Assembly: GCA_024704765.1 (NCBI GenBank)
Contig: JAKMXF010000171.1
Coordinates: 1-9,405 of the forward strand
Direction: 5' to 3'
Length of the DNA: 9,405 nt
DNA from: Oopsacas minuta
Lineage: Eukaryota > Animalia > Porifera
The number at the start of each line of letters is the position of its first letter. Positions within the stretch are counted from its first letter, which is position 1. The position numbers and the translations under genes were made by a program. This document shows, in pieces, positions 1-7,889 of this stretch. The notes beneath the pieces were generated by a model that was not told the origin of the DNA, searched no databases, and saw only the letters and a list, made by a program, of their open reading frames with translations.

Positions 1-1
1 A

Positions 2-157
2 CGATCTGTAGATATTCTCCGTAATGTGAGTCTACTGAGACAAGACAGAGGGGGACTAATACAGACACGAGAACAGTATCACTTTCTTTACAAAACTATA
101 TGTGCATATGCTAGATATCTCAATAAGCGAGGAGAGGAAATGAATGATGTTATGTAA
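2..157 (+). CDS. Final coding exon (5'-partial) of an upstream protein tyrosine phosphatase: Q-loop and C-terminal helix, R7/STEP-like
   Basis: Frame 2 reads RSVDILRNVSLLRQDRGGLIQTREQYHFLYKTICAYARYLNKRGEEMNDVM*, with stop TAA at 155-157. It contains the classical PTP motif-10 pattern LRxxRxxxIQTxEQYxF. Not in the ORF track. Confidence 0.92.
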   Translation, partial: RSVDILRNVSLLRQDRGGLIQTREQYHFLYKTICAYARYLNKRGEEMNDVM

Positions 158-1080
158 AGCTGACTGAATTTTCTATAATTTTTATTTATTTCAATAATTC
201 TTATTGTTAATCTAATCTAGTCTTATGACTCTTATCTCTAATCAAGAACGTTTCGACAGCTACTTTGCACTAGGTAGACAACGGGAACACACACTCGCAT
301 GAATTATTTAAGATATTTGATAATATTAATATTATTCCCCAAGCTTTGCTTATTTTGCATCAATCTAGACTTAGATAATGTTCTTACATTACAGTCTCTG
401 ATATTTATGATTCTATCTGACTATTTCAGAAATTATCATTACGAGCACTATATATCTATATATCATTAGTCTACACGAATTACACAGACATTATGATATT
501 TCTGCTACCTGCAACTACAAGGGGTACACATGTTACTTGATTTAGCTATAACTCCCTCTGTTATAATATTATATTCTCCCATTCTACCTTAATTAATTCT
601 GGTGTACTACATACTGCATTTTGTGACATATACATAGTACTGGTCCATGTGGTAACACTGAAGGTGATTATCAGGATATTTGTGATATTAAAAGATAGAT
701 AATTAGGTCAATACACATTTGAGACCATTCATCACCTTTGTTTCTTGATGTAAATGGATTGTCCTTGTTCTTCTACTCCGGCAGCTTACCCTCATTCAAG
801 CAGGATTTTGGGTGGAGAGCCAGTTTCAATAAATTTTGACACACCAAACATTCCTAAAAGTATAATGTAATGAGTATTGGTAAATATAGGGAAGAGTTTA
901 GCTTGTATTCCAGTAATCGTTATTGTTTTGATGAAATCTACTTGATTCCAAATGGCTAAACACTTACGGATATTACAAATTACTGATTAAACAAGTAGGG
1001 TGAGATCAACAATGAAATAGGCATAGTGAAGTAAATATAAAAATGTTTGTTTAGGAAAAGTTATCATTTCTAAAAATACC

Positions 1081-1565
1081 ATGGCAAATGTATTCGTGTA
1101 TTTGAAACTTTGGTTGCTAACTATATTAGTCGGAGGGATATGGATAGTATCCAACGCTCAATTAAGTGGGAATATCAAGAATACTGAACGGGTCAATATT
1201 AATAATTTGACTAGTTCTACTGCTTCTCTTAATTCTACGACTGATTATGCTCCATCTTCTGTGTCTTCCATACACAGAGATCAAACATCTCTATATACAC
1301 CCCAGGCGTCTATTCCTACACATAGTTATGCATCCACTTCAATATCTGTTACTAATACCACTAGTATTAGCAATGTGACTAGTTCTTCTGCTTCTCTTAA
1401 TTCTGCCACTGATTATGCTCCATCTTCTGTGTCTCCCATACACAGAGATCAAACATCTCTATATACACCCCAGGCGTCTATTCCTACACATAGTTATGCA
1501 TCCACTTCAATATCTGTTACTAATACCACTAGTATTAGCAATGTGACTAGTTCTTCTGCTTCTCT
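1081..1565 (+). CDS. Receptor PTP exon 1, part before the gap: signal peptide plus Ser/Thr-rich mucin-like tandem repeats
   Basis: ATG at 1081. Hydrophobic N-terminus (LWLLTILVGGIWIV) with a probable SNA|Q cleavage near residue 26, then S/T-rich repeats up to the N at 1566. Linkage to the downstream exons crosses a gap and is inferred. Confidence 0.75.
1204..1565 (+). repeat. Coding tandem repeat, 168-bp (56-aa) unit, about 2.15 near-identical copies, truncated by the N
   Basis: Units start at 1204, 1372 and 1540 (exact 168-bp period): N(L/V)TSS(T/S)ASLNS(T/A)TDYAPSSVS(S/P)IHRDQTSLYTPQASIPTHSYASTSISVTNTTSIS. Only a few substitutions between copies. Confidence 0.97.
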
Positions 1566-1566
1566 N
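1566..1566. other. Single N, probably an assembly gap placeholder
   Basis: The N falls inside the third repeat unit. The reading frame changes across it, and the downstream sequence starts mid-NIDO domain. Confidence 0.8.
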
Positions 1567-1932
1567 AGTCTGGAAATGATGCAGTCCATGATTCAGTGAT
1601 AGAGGAGGCTACACAGCTGTCTATTTCACACGCTAATGCTGATACTAACTTCAAAGCTCTTGCTGTTATTGTAGCTACGTGGTCAGAAGTAGTACCCTGG
1701 GGGCATCAGAGGGTATATGCAGGAATAAACACATTCCAAGCTGCCATAGTTACAGATTACAAAGACAGTTATGTTCTCTACGGCTACAATTGTGGGGATA
1801 TGTCATGGTCCAGTAGTGCTACATATCCTACCTCCCCTGTAATTGGTTTTACCGCTAGAGGAACCCTTTACGACAATCATTACCTATCTTATAACAAAAA
1901 TTCTCACAGCATTAGTTGTGTGCTGCAGAAAG
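1567..1932 (+). CDS. Receptor PTP exon, part after the gap: NIDO domain, C-terminal portion
   Basis: Frame from 1569 reads SGNDAVHDSVIEEATQL...VIVATWSEV...NTFQAAIVTDYKDSYVLYGYNCGDMSW...VIGF. These match the NIDO motifs ATW, NTFQ-x-x-x-x-TD and W...GF. Donor G|GTAAGT at 1933, phase 1. Confidence 0.88.
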
Positions 1933-2124
1933 GTAAGTAAGTATAAATTTTCCAATGTGCAATTTTACTAACATTTTCAATTCAACTAATCACTCAGTTG
2001 TTATGTATGGACAGTGTTACCTGCACAAACGAGCTGTCAGAGACGCCGAAAAAGGCTATCCCGTTTCCCTCTTTCTAACAAATTCCCCGTTTGTGGAGGT
2101 TTCACTGTATTCTCTCTTCTCTAG

Positions 2125-2389
2125 ATGGTCTTGCTGTTATTGGGTACAAGATATCTCTTTCAACAGCTGAATCAGATGAAATGTGTATCAAATGGCTGGC
2201 GGATGACATCAATATACAGAGTAACTTACCCTCCTTAGCAATTAGGGCAGATCCCTGTCCATGTAATTTATTCCAAGCTAGAAGAGACTCCAGATTTAGA
2301 TTTGACTATGTTACTTATATTACATCAACATATCAAGAAGATGTTATATGTTATGTGTCAAGATTTGATACTGAGGGTCTTTATCAGAG
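2125..2389 (+). CDS. Receptor PTP exon: end of NIDO and start of AMOP domain
   Basis: Acceptor ttctctcttctctAG ends at 2124. Reads DGLAVIGYKIS...CIKW...PCPCNLFQARRDSRF...QR, matching the AMOP signature CPC-x-x-x-QA-x-x-D-x-RF. Donor AG|GTTTGT at 2390, phase 2. Confidence 0.85.
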
Positions 2390-2511
2390 GTTTGTATGTT
2401 GAAAAATTATATCTTATTAATCGCCAAATGAGTATAAATTTGACTGTCCGTCTTTTGTTTGTCTTACGATAGTCCACTGTATCGAGTCCATATAAATACT
2501 GTATCGTGTAG

Positions 2512-2840
2512 ATGCTGTTATGATGTGAATTCAGATTCTGCGTTTGCTATATTTCTATCTTCTTCACAACTCACTCCATTGACTACTTCCGGCAATCAGA
2601 GAGGTTCTATCCTCTCTAGTAACCCCGTATTTTATCCCAGTGAGAGCCATCAGCAATACACAGAGAGAGATGAAGAAGGGTATGTACAGTGTTGTTTGTT
2701 GTCTAACAAGTGTGAAGTGTTCTATAGCAGGAGACCTAGTAGAGATTGTACTGACTATGAATTCTTACCTTTCACTTGGGGGTTTGGTGATCCACATGTT
2801 ATTTCAATGGATGGATTTGTGTATACTTTCAATGGAATTG
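2512..2840 (+). CDS. Receptor PTP exon: AMOP domain and start of VWD domain (GDPH)
   Basis: Splicing restores QRCCYD. Reads CCLLSNKCEVFYSRRPSRDCTDY...FGDPHVISMDGFVYTFNGIG. Donor G|GTGAGT at 2841, phase 1. Confidence 0.92.
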
Positions 2841-2903
2841 GTGAGTTATAATTATATGCAAATTTGTTGTTCAATTAATATATTTACTCAATACTTTGTA
2901 TAG

Positions 2904-3169
2904 GAGAGTACTGGTATTTGTTCCCAGTGGAACAATGTGACTTCCAAGTACAAACTCGTACACAACCAATCAGAGATACAGAAGCAACTGTATTCACTTC
3001 TATAGCAGTTAGAATCAATAACTGTTCTACTGTGTTTGTGTCTCTGTTGGGCAGAGATGATCTGTCTCTATTTGTAGACCAACAGAATCGGACAGATGAT
3101 ATTCATTCAAGTAAGGAAATCATGGATGATTGTGTTAATATTGAGTATACAGAGCCTAATTCTACACAG
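2904..3169 (+). CDS. Receptor PTP exon: VWD domain
   Basis: A 63-bp intron (2841-2903) joins to give the VWD motif TFNGIGEYWYL, followed by FQVQTRT. Donor CAG|GTCAGT at 3170, phase 0. Confidence 0.9.
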
Positions 3170-3223
3170 GTCAGTATGATATAATTTATAGATTATTATA
3201 TTTAAATTTTAATGCATTTTTAG

Positions 3224-3510
3224 AAATCAGAAATTAGTGTAGCGTATAGAAATGGAGCTTTCATAAATCTAAGAGCAGACAATGACTTGATTGCTATATC
3301 TGTATCTCTCCCTGACAGCTGTAGAGACAGAACTAGTGGACTTATAGGTCAGTGGGATGGAGACATGAGTAATGACCTGTTGATGAGGAATGGTACTCTC
3401 CTGTCTCAGAATGTGACTGATAGAGAGAAGGAAGAGTTTGCTGATTCTTGGAGGATAACACAAGATGAGAGCTTTATGATGTATGAGACAGGAAACTATT
3501 CTACTTACAA
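3224..3510 (+). CDS. Receptor PTP exon: VWD C-terminal part
   Basis: 54-bp intron (3170-3223). Reads KSEISVAYRNG...RTSGLIGQWDGDMSNDL...FADSWRI, matching the VWD GLxG and F-x-x-SW motifs. Donor AA|GTAAGT at 3511, phase 2. Confidence 0.9.
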
Positions 3511-3577
3511 GTAAGTTAATATGTTGAGTGTATCTCTAAATATTCATAGTTGAATTGTTCTTATTACTGTATTATAG

Positions 3578-4257
3578 CCCAGACTATACACCTTCTATCT
3601 ACTTGGACGAATTTCTACAGAATGCTAATATAACTACAGAAATACAAGCATTGTGTAATGGCAATCAAATCTGTCTCTTTGACGCTGTCGTGACTAATGA
3701 CACTTCTGTTGCCATGGGAACCATATTCATATCTGAAGAATCTGAGGAGACAGTGAGAGTAGGTAACAACATCCCTCCTCTCATTCAGACACCTCTCCTA
3801 CTGTTCCTATCTCTGGACAACCTGACCACTTTTGAATTTAACGTGACTGATGAAGACGAATTCTCAGTTAACTACGCTCTCTCTCCTCAGTCTGTGTTTA
3901 CTGATATTCTGCTACACAACCTGACACAGTCTGTGTTTGAGTTACAGCTGAGATTGATTCATATACCTGACTCTATGAATATGACAATAATTGCAAATGA
4001 TTCTATCGGAGTGAGTCTAGTTAGTGTGTATGTGGTTGTGTGCCATTGTGAGAATGGAGGTTACTGTTCAGATAATCCATCTGGTACAGATAGTGTAGGA
4101 GACAGCGGTTATATCAGATCATCTTGTCAGTGTCCTCTAGGCTATGAGGGTGTGTATTGTTCTGATATTATTCTAGATCCATGTTTGCAATCAGTTTGTG
4201 AAGTTGAAACTTGTCCAGCTGGTACTGAGAAGAATGACAATTCGTTGAGATGTGAAG
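3578..4257 (+). CDS. Receptor PTP exon: post-VWD Cys region, probable beta-sandwich (Ig/cadherin-like) linker, EGF domain and a partial EGF
   Basis: 67-bp intron (3511-3577). Reads CNGNQICLFDAVVT (typical post-VWD segment), NIPP...FNVTDED...ANDSIG, and CHCENGGYC...CQCPLGYEGVYC. Donor G|GTGAGT at 4258, phase 1. Confidence 0.88.
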
Positions 4258-4337
4258 GTGAGTGTATGTGTCAATAATATTTATTATGAATCTTCCAAAT
4301 TTACTTATTTAATACGTACCAAGTCACAATGTACTTC

Positions 4338-4383
4338 GCATTAGAGAGAAAATGGTTTATATTTTGCTTCTACTCTCTAATGC
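4338..4383. repeat. Perfect 11-bp inverted repeat with 24-nt spacer in intron 4258-4539
   Basis: GCATTAGAGAG (4338-4348) and CTCTCTAATGC (4373-4383). Confidence 0.8.
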
Positions 4384-4539
4384 AACATTAAACTATTATT
4401 GCTTTAGTTACAGGCTGCCAATTTGAGTTGTTGGCGGTTTTACATAGCATATATTGATGTATACGTACACTTTTTCCTGTGAATATGAACAAACTATTTC
4501 ACTATCTGTAATTTGATAGTTTAATGTTTATCTATCTAG

Positions 4540-4716
4540 ATATTGACGAGTGTGCTCTACTTTGTAATCAAACACACCAAATTTGTGTTAACACATATTC
4601 TAGTTACTTATGTACTTGTGAGGCTGGTTATGAAATTATTGATGACGTATGTGTAGATGTTGATGAGTGTAGTATGACTATCTCTCCTTGTCAACATACT
4701 TGTACCAACACTATTG
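4540..4716 (+). CDS. Receptor PTP exon: calcium-binding EGF domains
   Basis: Acceptor tctatctAG at 4539. Reads DIDEC...[10 protein letters not shown] and DVDEC...CTNTIG, the cbEGF consensus D-x-D-E-C and C-x-N-x4-Y-x-C. Donor G|GTTCGT at 4717. Confidence 0.9.
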
Positions 4717-4776
4717 GTTCGTATTATATGATTTGGAATAGTTAGATGTTATTAATGTTACGTATCGTTTCTATAG

Positions 4777-5090
4777 GTTCTTACAACTGTAGCTGTGATA
4801 TGTATTACAGTTTAGAACCAGATATGACAACTTGTAGAGGAGTTAATGTAATTGATTGTGGTACAACACCTCCTGACAACTGTGGGGTTGATTCCTGCAT
4901 TTTAGTAGAAACAGAGTTAGTTTGTGCATATTGTGAGAGAGGAACAGAATTGAGCAGTAGTGGGAGATATTGTATTGATTTAGATGAATGTGCATTACAA
5001 CCTGATATTTGTCCTGTAAGCTCAGAATGTATCAACGAATATGCTTCATACTACTGTGTATGTAATCAGGGATATGTTCAGGATAATAAG
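4777..5090 (+). CDS. Receptor PTP exon: EGF and cbEGF domains
   Basis: 60-bp intron (4717-4776). Reads GSYNCSC...DLDECALQPDIC...CINEYASYYCVCNQGY. Donor AAG|GTAGGA at 5091, phase 0. Confidence 0.9.
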
Positions 5091-5106
5091 GTAGGACTAC
5101 TCTATA

Positions 5107-5239
5107 CAGTCAACTCCCGTTATAGCGAAATCTGAAATTTTATAAGTGTAGTCCCATACCGTAAAAGTAACATATTTAATCGGGTATATCTAAGTAGTTA
5201 TCGCGGTCCCTTGAGCTTCGATATAACGGATGTTGATTG
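5107..5239. mobile_element. 133-bp MITE, Tc1/mariner superfamily (pogo/Tigger-like), in intron 5091-5280
   Basis: TIRs are CAGTCAACTCCCGTTATAGCGAA (5107-5129) and the reverse complement of 5217-5239, CAATCAACATCCGTTATATCGAA, matching at 19/23. TA flanks both sides (5105-6, 5240-1). Removing the element plus one TA leaves a 55-bp intron, the typical size in this gene. Confidence 0.85.
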
Positions 5240-5280
5240 TAGTTTATAATAAAACATTAGAATACTGAGTTTATATTTAG

Positions 5281-5428
5281 AGTATCTGTGTTGATGTTGA
5301 TGAGTGTATTGATGTTATTCCAGTTTGTGAGCCCTCTCAGATATGCTTCAACACAGAGGGTAGCTTCATATGTGCTGGATACTGTTACCTACCTAATTAC
5401 TACATACTTCCTAATGGAATATGTGGAG
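5281..5428 (+). CDS. Receptor PTP exon: last cbEGF domain (frame not shown in the ORF track)
   Basis: Reads SICVDVDECIDVIPVCEPSQICFNTEGSFICAGYCYLPNYYILPNGICG. Acceptor tatttAG at 5280; donor G|GTAATT at 5429, phase 1. Confidence 0.9.
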
Positions 5429-5492
5429 GTAATTATAATTATGAATAAAGTAATTATTCTGTTGTTAATATTTATTATATACCGCTATGTAG

Positions 5493-5819
5493 TTGGTGTT
5501 GGTAATGTGACAAGAGTTCCAGATGAGACTGAGCAATTAACAATTACGTTTACGTTGAGTATTGATGAGTTGGAGGAACGCTTGGATACAACTGGACTAT
5601 CACTCTCTACTCTCTTCTCAACTCTCAATGACTCTCTATTCACTCCCTTACAAGATATACAATTCTCATATTCTCAGACTACAGACGGTAGACTAAAGCT
5701 GATACTGATTTCAGATAGTTTCCAAGTAGACCCATTTCTTGTGACTGAAACTCTAAAAACCAGTCTTATCTCTGATTGGGCACCTTATGCTGCTTACGTC
5801 ACTCAAGTCTCTGCTGCAA
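5493..5819 (+). CDS. Receptor PTP exon: about 109-aa Cys-free membrane-proximal extracellular domain of unknown fold
   Basis: 64-bp intron (5429-5492). Open frame VGVGNVTRVPDETEQLTITFTL...VTQVSAA. Donor A|GTAAGT at 5820, phase 1. Confidence 0.8.
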
Positions 5820-6163
5820 GTAAGTTGGTATACTCATATTATCATACATAACTAATTACACGTAAGGTCTACGATAATGCATAAATTATGTGAAAAGTGT
5901 TTTGTTTACCAAGTAAATTCAATTCTCTTTTATGTAATATATCTAATGTGGGTGTGTTTAGATTGAATACTATAGAATTCTAATGATAATTATTGAATTC
6001 TCTTTTGACCTCTGTTATGTATAATTATAATATAATATATATTACTATGGAATTATTTCATAATTATCTAATTTCTTTGAATATTATTCACACAAAAGTT
6101 TGAAGTTTGTCTTCACAATTTTTCCTCTATAGTTTTATTATGTTTTCTGATTAGTTATACCAG

Positions 6164-6344
6164 TGGTTACACCTACAGACTCCCTCTCTCTATCTACATT
6201 TCTTGTTATTGCTCTATGTTGTGGAGGATTTATAGTTCTCTTATTACTCGGGCTATCTTGTGTATGGGCATTCTCTGCTAGCAGAATTACTTGGAGGAAG
6301 AAAGAGAAGGATGATTCTATTCATGAAGAATTGCTCAGCGAATT
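6164..6344 (+). CDS. Receptor PTP exon: transmembrane helix and stop-transfer sequence
   Basis: Acceptor tataccAG at 6163. Hydrophobic FLVIALCCGGFIVLLLLGLSCVWAF (about 6199-6273) is followed by RITWRKK. Donor TT|GTGAGT at 6345, phase 2. Confidence 0.88.
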
Positions 6345-6445
6345 GTGAGTAATATAACAAATACATATAGTAATACTACTATAGCTATCTCCCGTATCAC
6401 TGATTACCTTCTTGATTGGAACTTAGGAATTTCTGGTATTATATA

Positions 6446-6514
6446 CAGGGGTGGTACCAATATGCAGCATTGCTGTTATCAGCTAACGATAGAAACTGCC
6501 ATTAGCTATCCCTG
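6446..6514. mobile_element. Possible degenerate 69-bp hAT-type MITE in intron 6345-6682
   Basis: Termini are CAGGGGTGG and CTATCCCTG (reverse complement CAGGGATAG, 7/9 match). Flanking 8-mers ATTATATA (6438-6445) and ATTATACA (6515-6522) match at 7/8, like a TSD. The AT-rich background weakens this. Confidence 0.35.
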
Positions 6515-6682
6515 ATTATACATATACGTCATTTAATACTCATTGGTAGTAGCTACTGAAATAGAGCATTTGGTAACACTTGAGCTAATTTGATTAAGAA
6601 ATTCAAATAGAAAGTTTTAACAATTCTAACAATTTTTATCGTTAGATATGAATCTATGTTTGATTTCAATTCTTGTATTTAG

Positions 6683-6879
6683 GAAAAAATTGAAAGATAC
6701 ACGAGCCATAGTTTCACGTCCTGAAAAGGATACAGCAGCCTCCAATTTCCCCAATTGGCCTAAAGGAATTATCAAATCAAATCGCCTCAGCTGTTACCCT
6801 CTCTCCTACCTCCTGGCTGAAGATCCTCCAATTAGGATATATGAAGAATTCGATAGTGTTCCTATGCATTTAGCTACAG
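6683..6879 (+). CDS. Receptor PTP exon: juxtamembrane region and first helix of the PTP domain
   Basis: Acceptor gtatttAG at 6682. Ends IYEEFDSVPMHLAT, matching the EF-x-x-(I/V)P helix that precedes KNRY in PTPs. Donor G|GTAGAA at 6880, phase 1. Confidence 0.82.
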
Positions 6880-6947
6880 GTAGAATTCATCAACATACTA
6901 TTATTATTATTGTTATTGTATTATCTGACTATATCGCTTATTTGTAG

Positions 6948-7164
6948 TTGAAGATATTCCTCCTGCTTGTGAGCTGAAAAATCGTTTCACGAATATCTTA
7001 CCTCCTCCCCACTCCAGGGTACCTCTCTTCCTCAAGTATGGACTTCCTAACTCTGACTACATTAACGCTAACTTTATTCGGGGCTACAACATGGTACCTA
7101 GAGTGTATATCGCTACACAGGCACCTATGTTCTCTACAGAGCAGGACTTCTGGAGAATGGTATG
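6948..7164 (+). CDS. Receptor PTP exon: PTP motifs 1-5 (frame not shown in the ORF track)
   Basis: Reads [73 protein letters not shown], containing KNR(F), DYINA, YIATQ(A)P and DFWRMVW. Donor TG|GTGAGT at 7165, phase 2. Confidence 0.95.
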
Positions 7165-7212
7165 GTGAGTTCTGCTGGCATCTTAGAATTTATGTGATTA
7201 GTGAAAATCATA

Positions 7213-7392
7213 CAGTGGCGTCTGCCTCTATCAGCAATTCGTCTAATAGCGAAATCCGCATATTTGCAACTTTTTTCATAGACAAATAGTGCACTTTTGT
7301 ATGTTAAATAGGATGAATAATGGCAAATTCGTGAACATACTAGCTTAGGAAATTCATGCAAAATATGATTTGCTAATAGGCGAACTCAATTG
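7213..7392. mobile_element. Degenerate 180-bp pogo/Tigger-like MITE in intron 7165-7506
   Basis: TA|CAGTGG...CAATTG|TA termini with imperfect inverted repeats. Left TTCGTCTAATAGCGAAATC pairs with right GATTTGCTAATAGGCGAA. It shares the 11-mer ATAGCGAAATC (7246-7256) with the first MITE (5122-5132). Confidence 0.5.
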
Positions 7393-7506
7393 TATCTAAT
7401 TATGTTTAGAGTTTGTTTACTTTTCGAATTGTATTTCCTCATTTTGTAATATTTACTAATCAAATTACTATATTCTTCTTTCATTATCTAATGGATAATT
7501 CCCTAG

Positions 7507-7696
7507 GGAGCAGAATACAAAGGTAATCATTATGTTGACAGAAATGGTAGAACGCTCCAGAGAGAAATGTGTTCCCTACTGGCCTGACAAAGATATTCTA
7601 ACTTCTATTCGCTTCGGCGACATTGAAATAATCTCTAAGAATAAAATTGTGAGAGAAGATTATCAAATAAATGAATTTATCTTGAAACATTTGCAT
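7507..7696 (+). CDS. Receptor PTP exon: PTP motifs 6-7
   Basis: Reads WEQNTKVIIMLT...EKCVPYWP...FGDIEI...LKHLH, containing IxMLT and KCxxYWP. Donor CAT|GTGAGT at 7697, phase 0. Confidence 0.95.
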
Positions 7697-7889
7697 GTGA
7701 GTTCATCAGCATGTTATTACATACTTATTGAACTGTATTCCTTATTATATATTTAAACAAATATTTGGAAATTTATCCTATTCCCAATTGTCCTTTAATC
7801 TGACTATGGTAATATTAACACACGATTTGCACACAAGAAAATATATGCAGCTATACATCCTATTATAAAGATATATTCATTACTGCTAG

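Noticed and set aside
600-840. GC-richer intergenic stretch; one minus frame gives WSQMCIDLI, faintly like an integrase
   Set aside because: Interrupted by stops in all frames and lacks further D,D,E context.
1204-1565. Repeat array considered as a CRISPR-like or prokaryotic element
   Set aside because: The units are contiguous in-frame coding copies without unique spacers, and the locus is a spliced eukaryotic gene.
1567-1599. ORF-track C-terminus SLEMMQSMIQ* of the 172-aa ORF, suggesting a small secreted protein
   Set aside because: This is out-of-frame read-through across the N. The real frame downstream (1569) encodes NIDO.
1955-2170. 71-aa ORF on +
   Set aside because: It lies mostly in intron 1933-2124, overlaps the next exon out of frame and has no recognisable motif.
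2462-2481. CCACTGTA, the reverse complement of the TACAGTGG end of the 7213 MITE
   Set aside because: Only an 8-bp match, with no partner terminus in the intron.
2640-2903. 87-aa ORF on +
   Set aside because: Alternative-frame shadow of the AMOP/VWD exon running into an intron.
3269-5035. Minus-strand ORFs 3269-3463 and 4805-5035
   Set aside because: Antisense shadows of well-supported VWD and EGF exons, with no motifs of their own.
5288-5851. 187-aa ORF with an apparent hydrophobic TM segment (VIIIMNKVIILLLIFIIY)
   Set aside because: It is a composite of an out-of-frame cbEGF exon, the AT-rich intron 5429-5492 (source of the false TM) and the real exon 5493-5819.
7038-7361. ORFs 7038-7289 (+) and 7134-7361 (-)
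   Set aside because: The first is an out-of-frame read of the PTP exon into the intron; the second spans the intronic MITE. Neither has transposase motifs.
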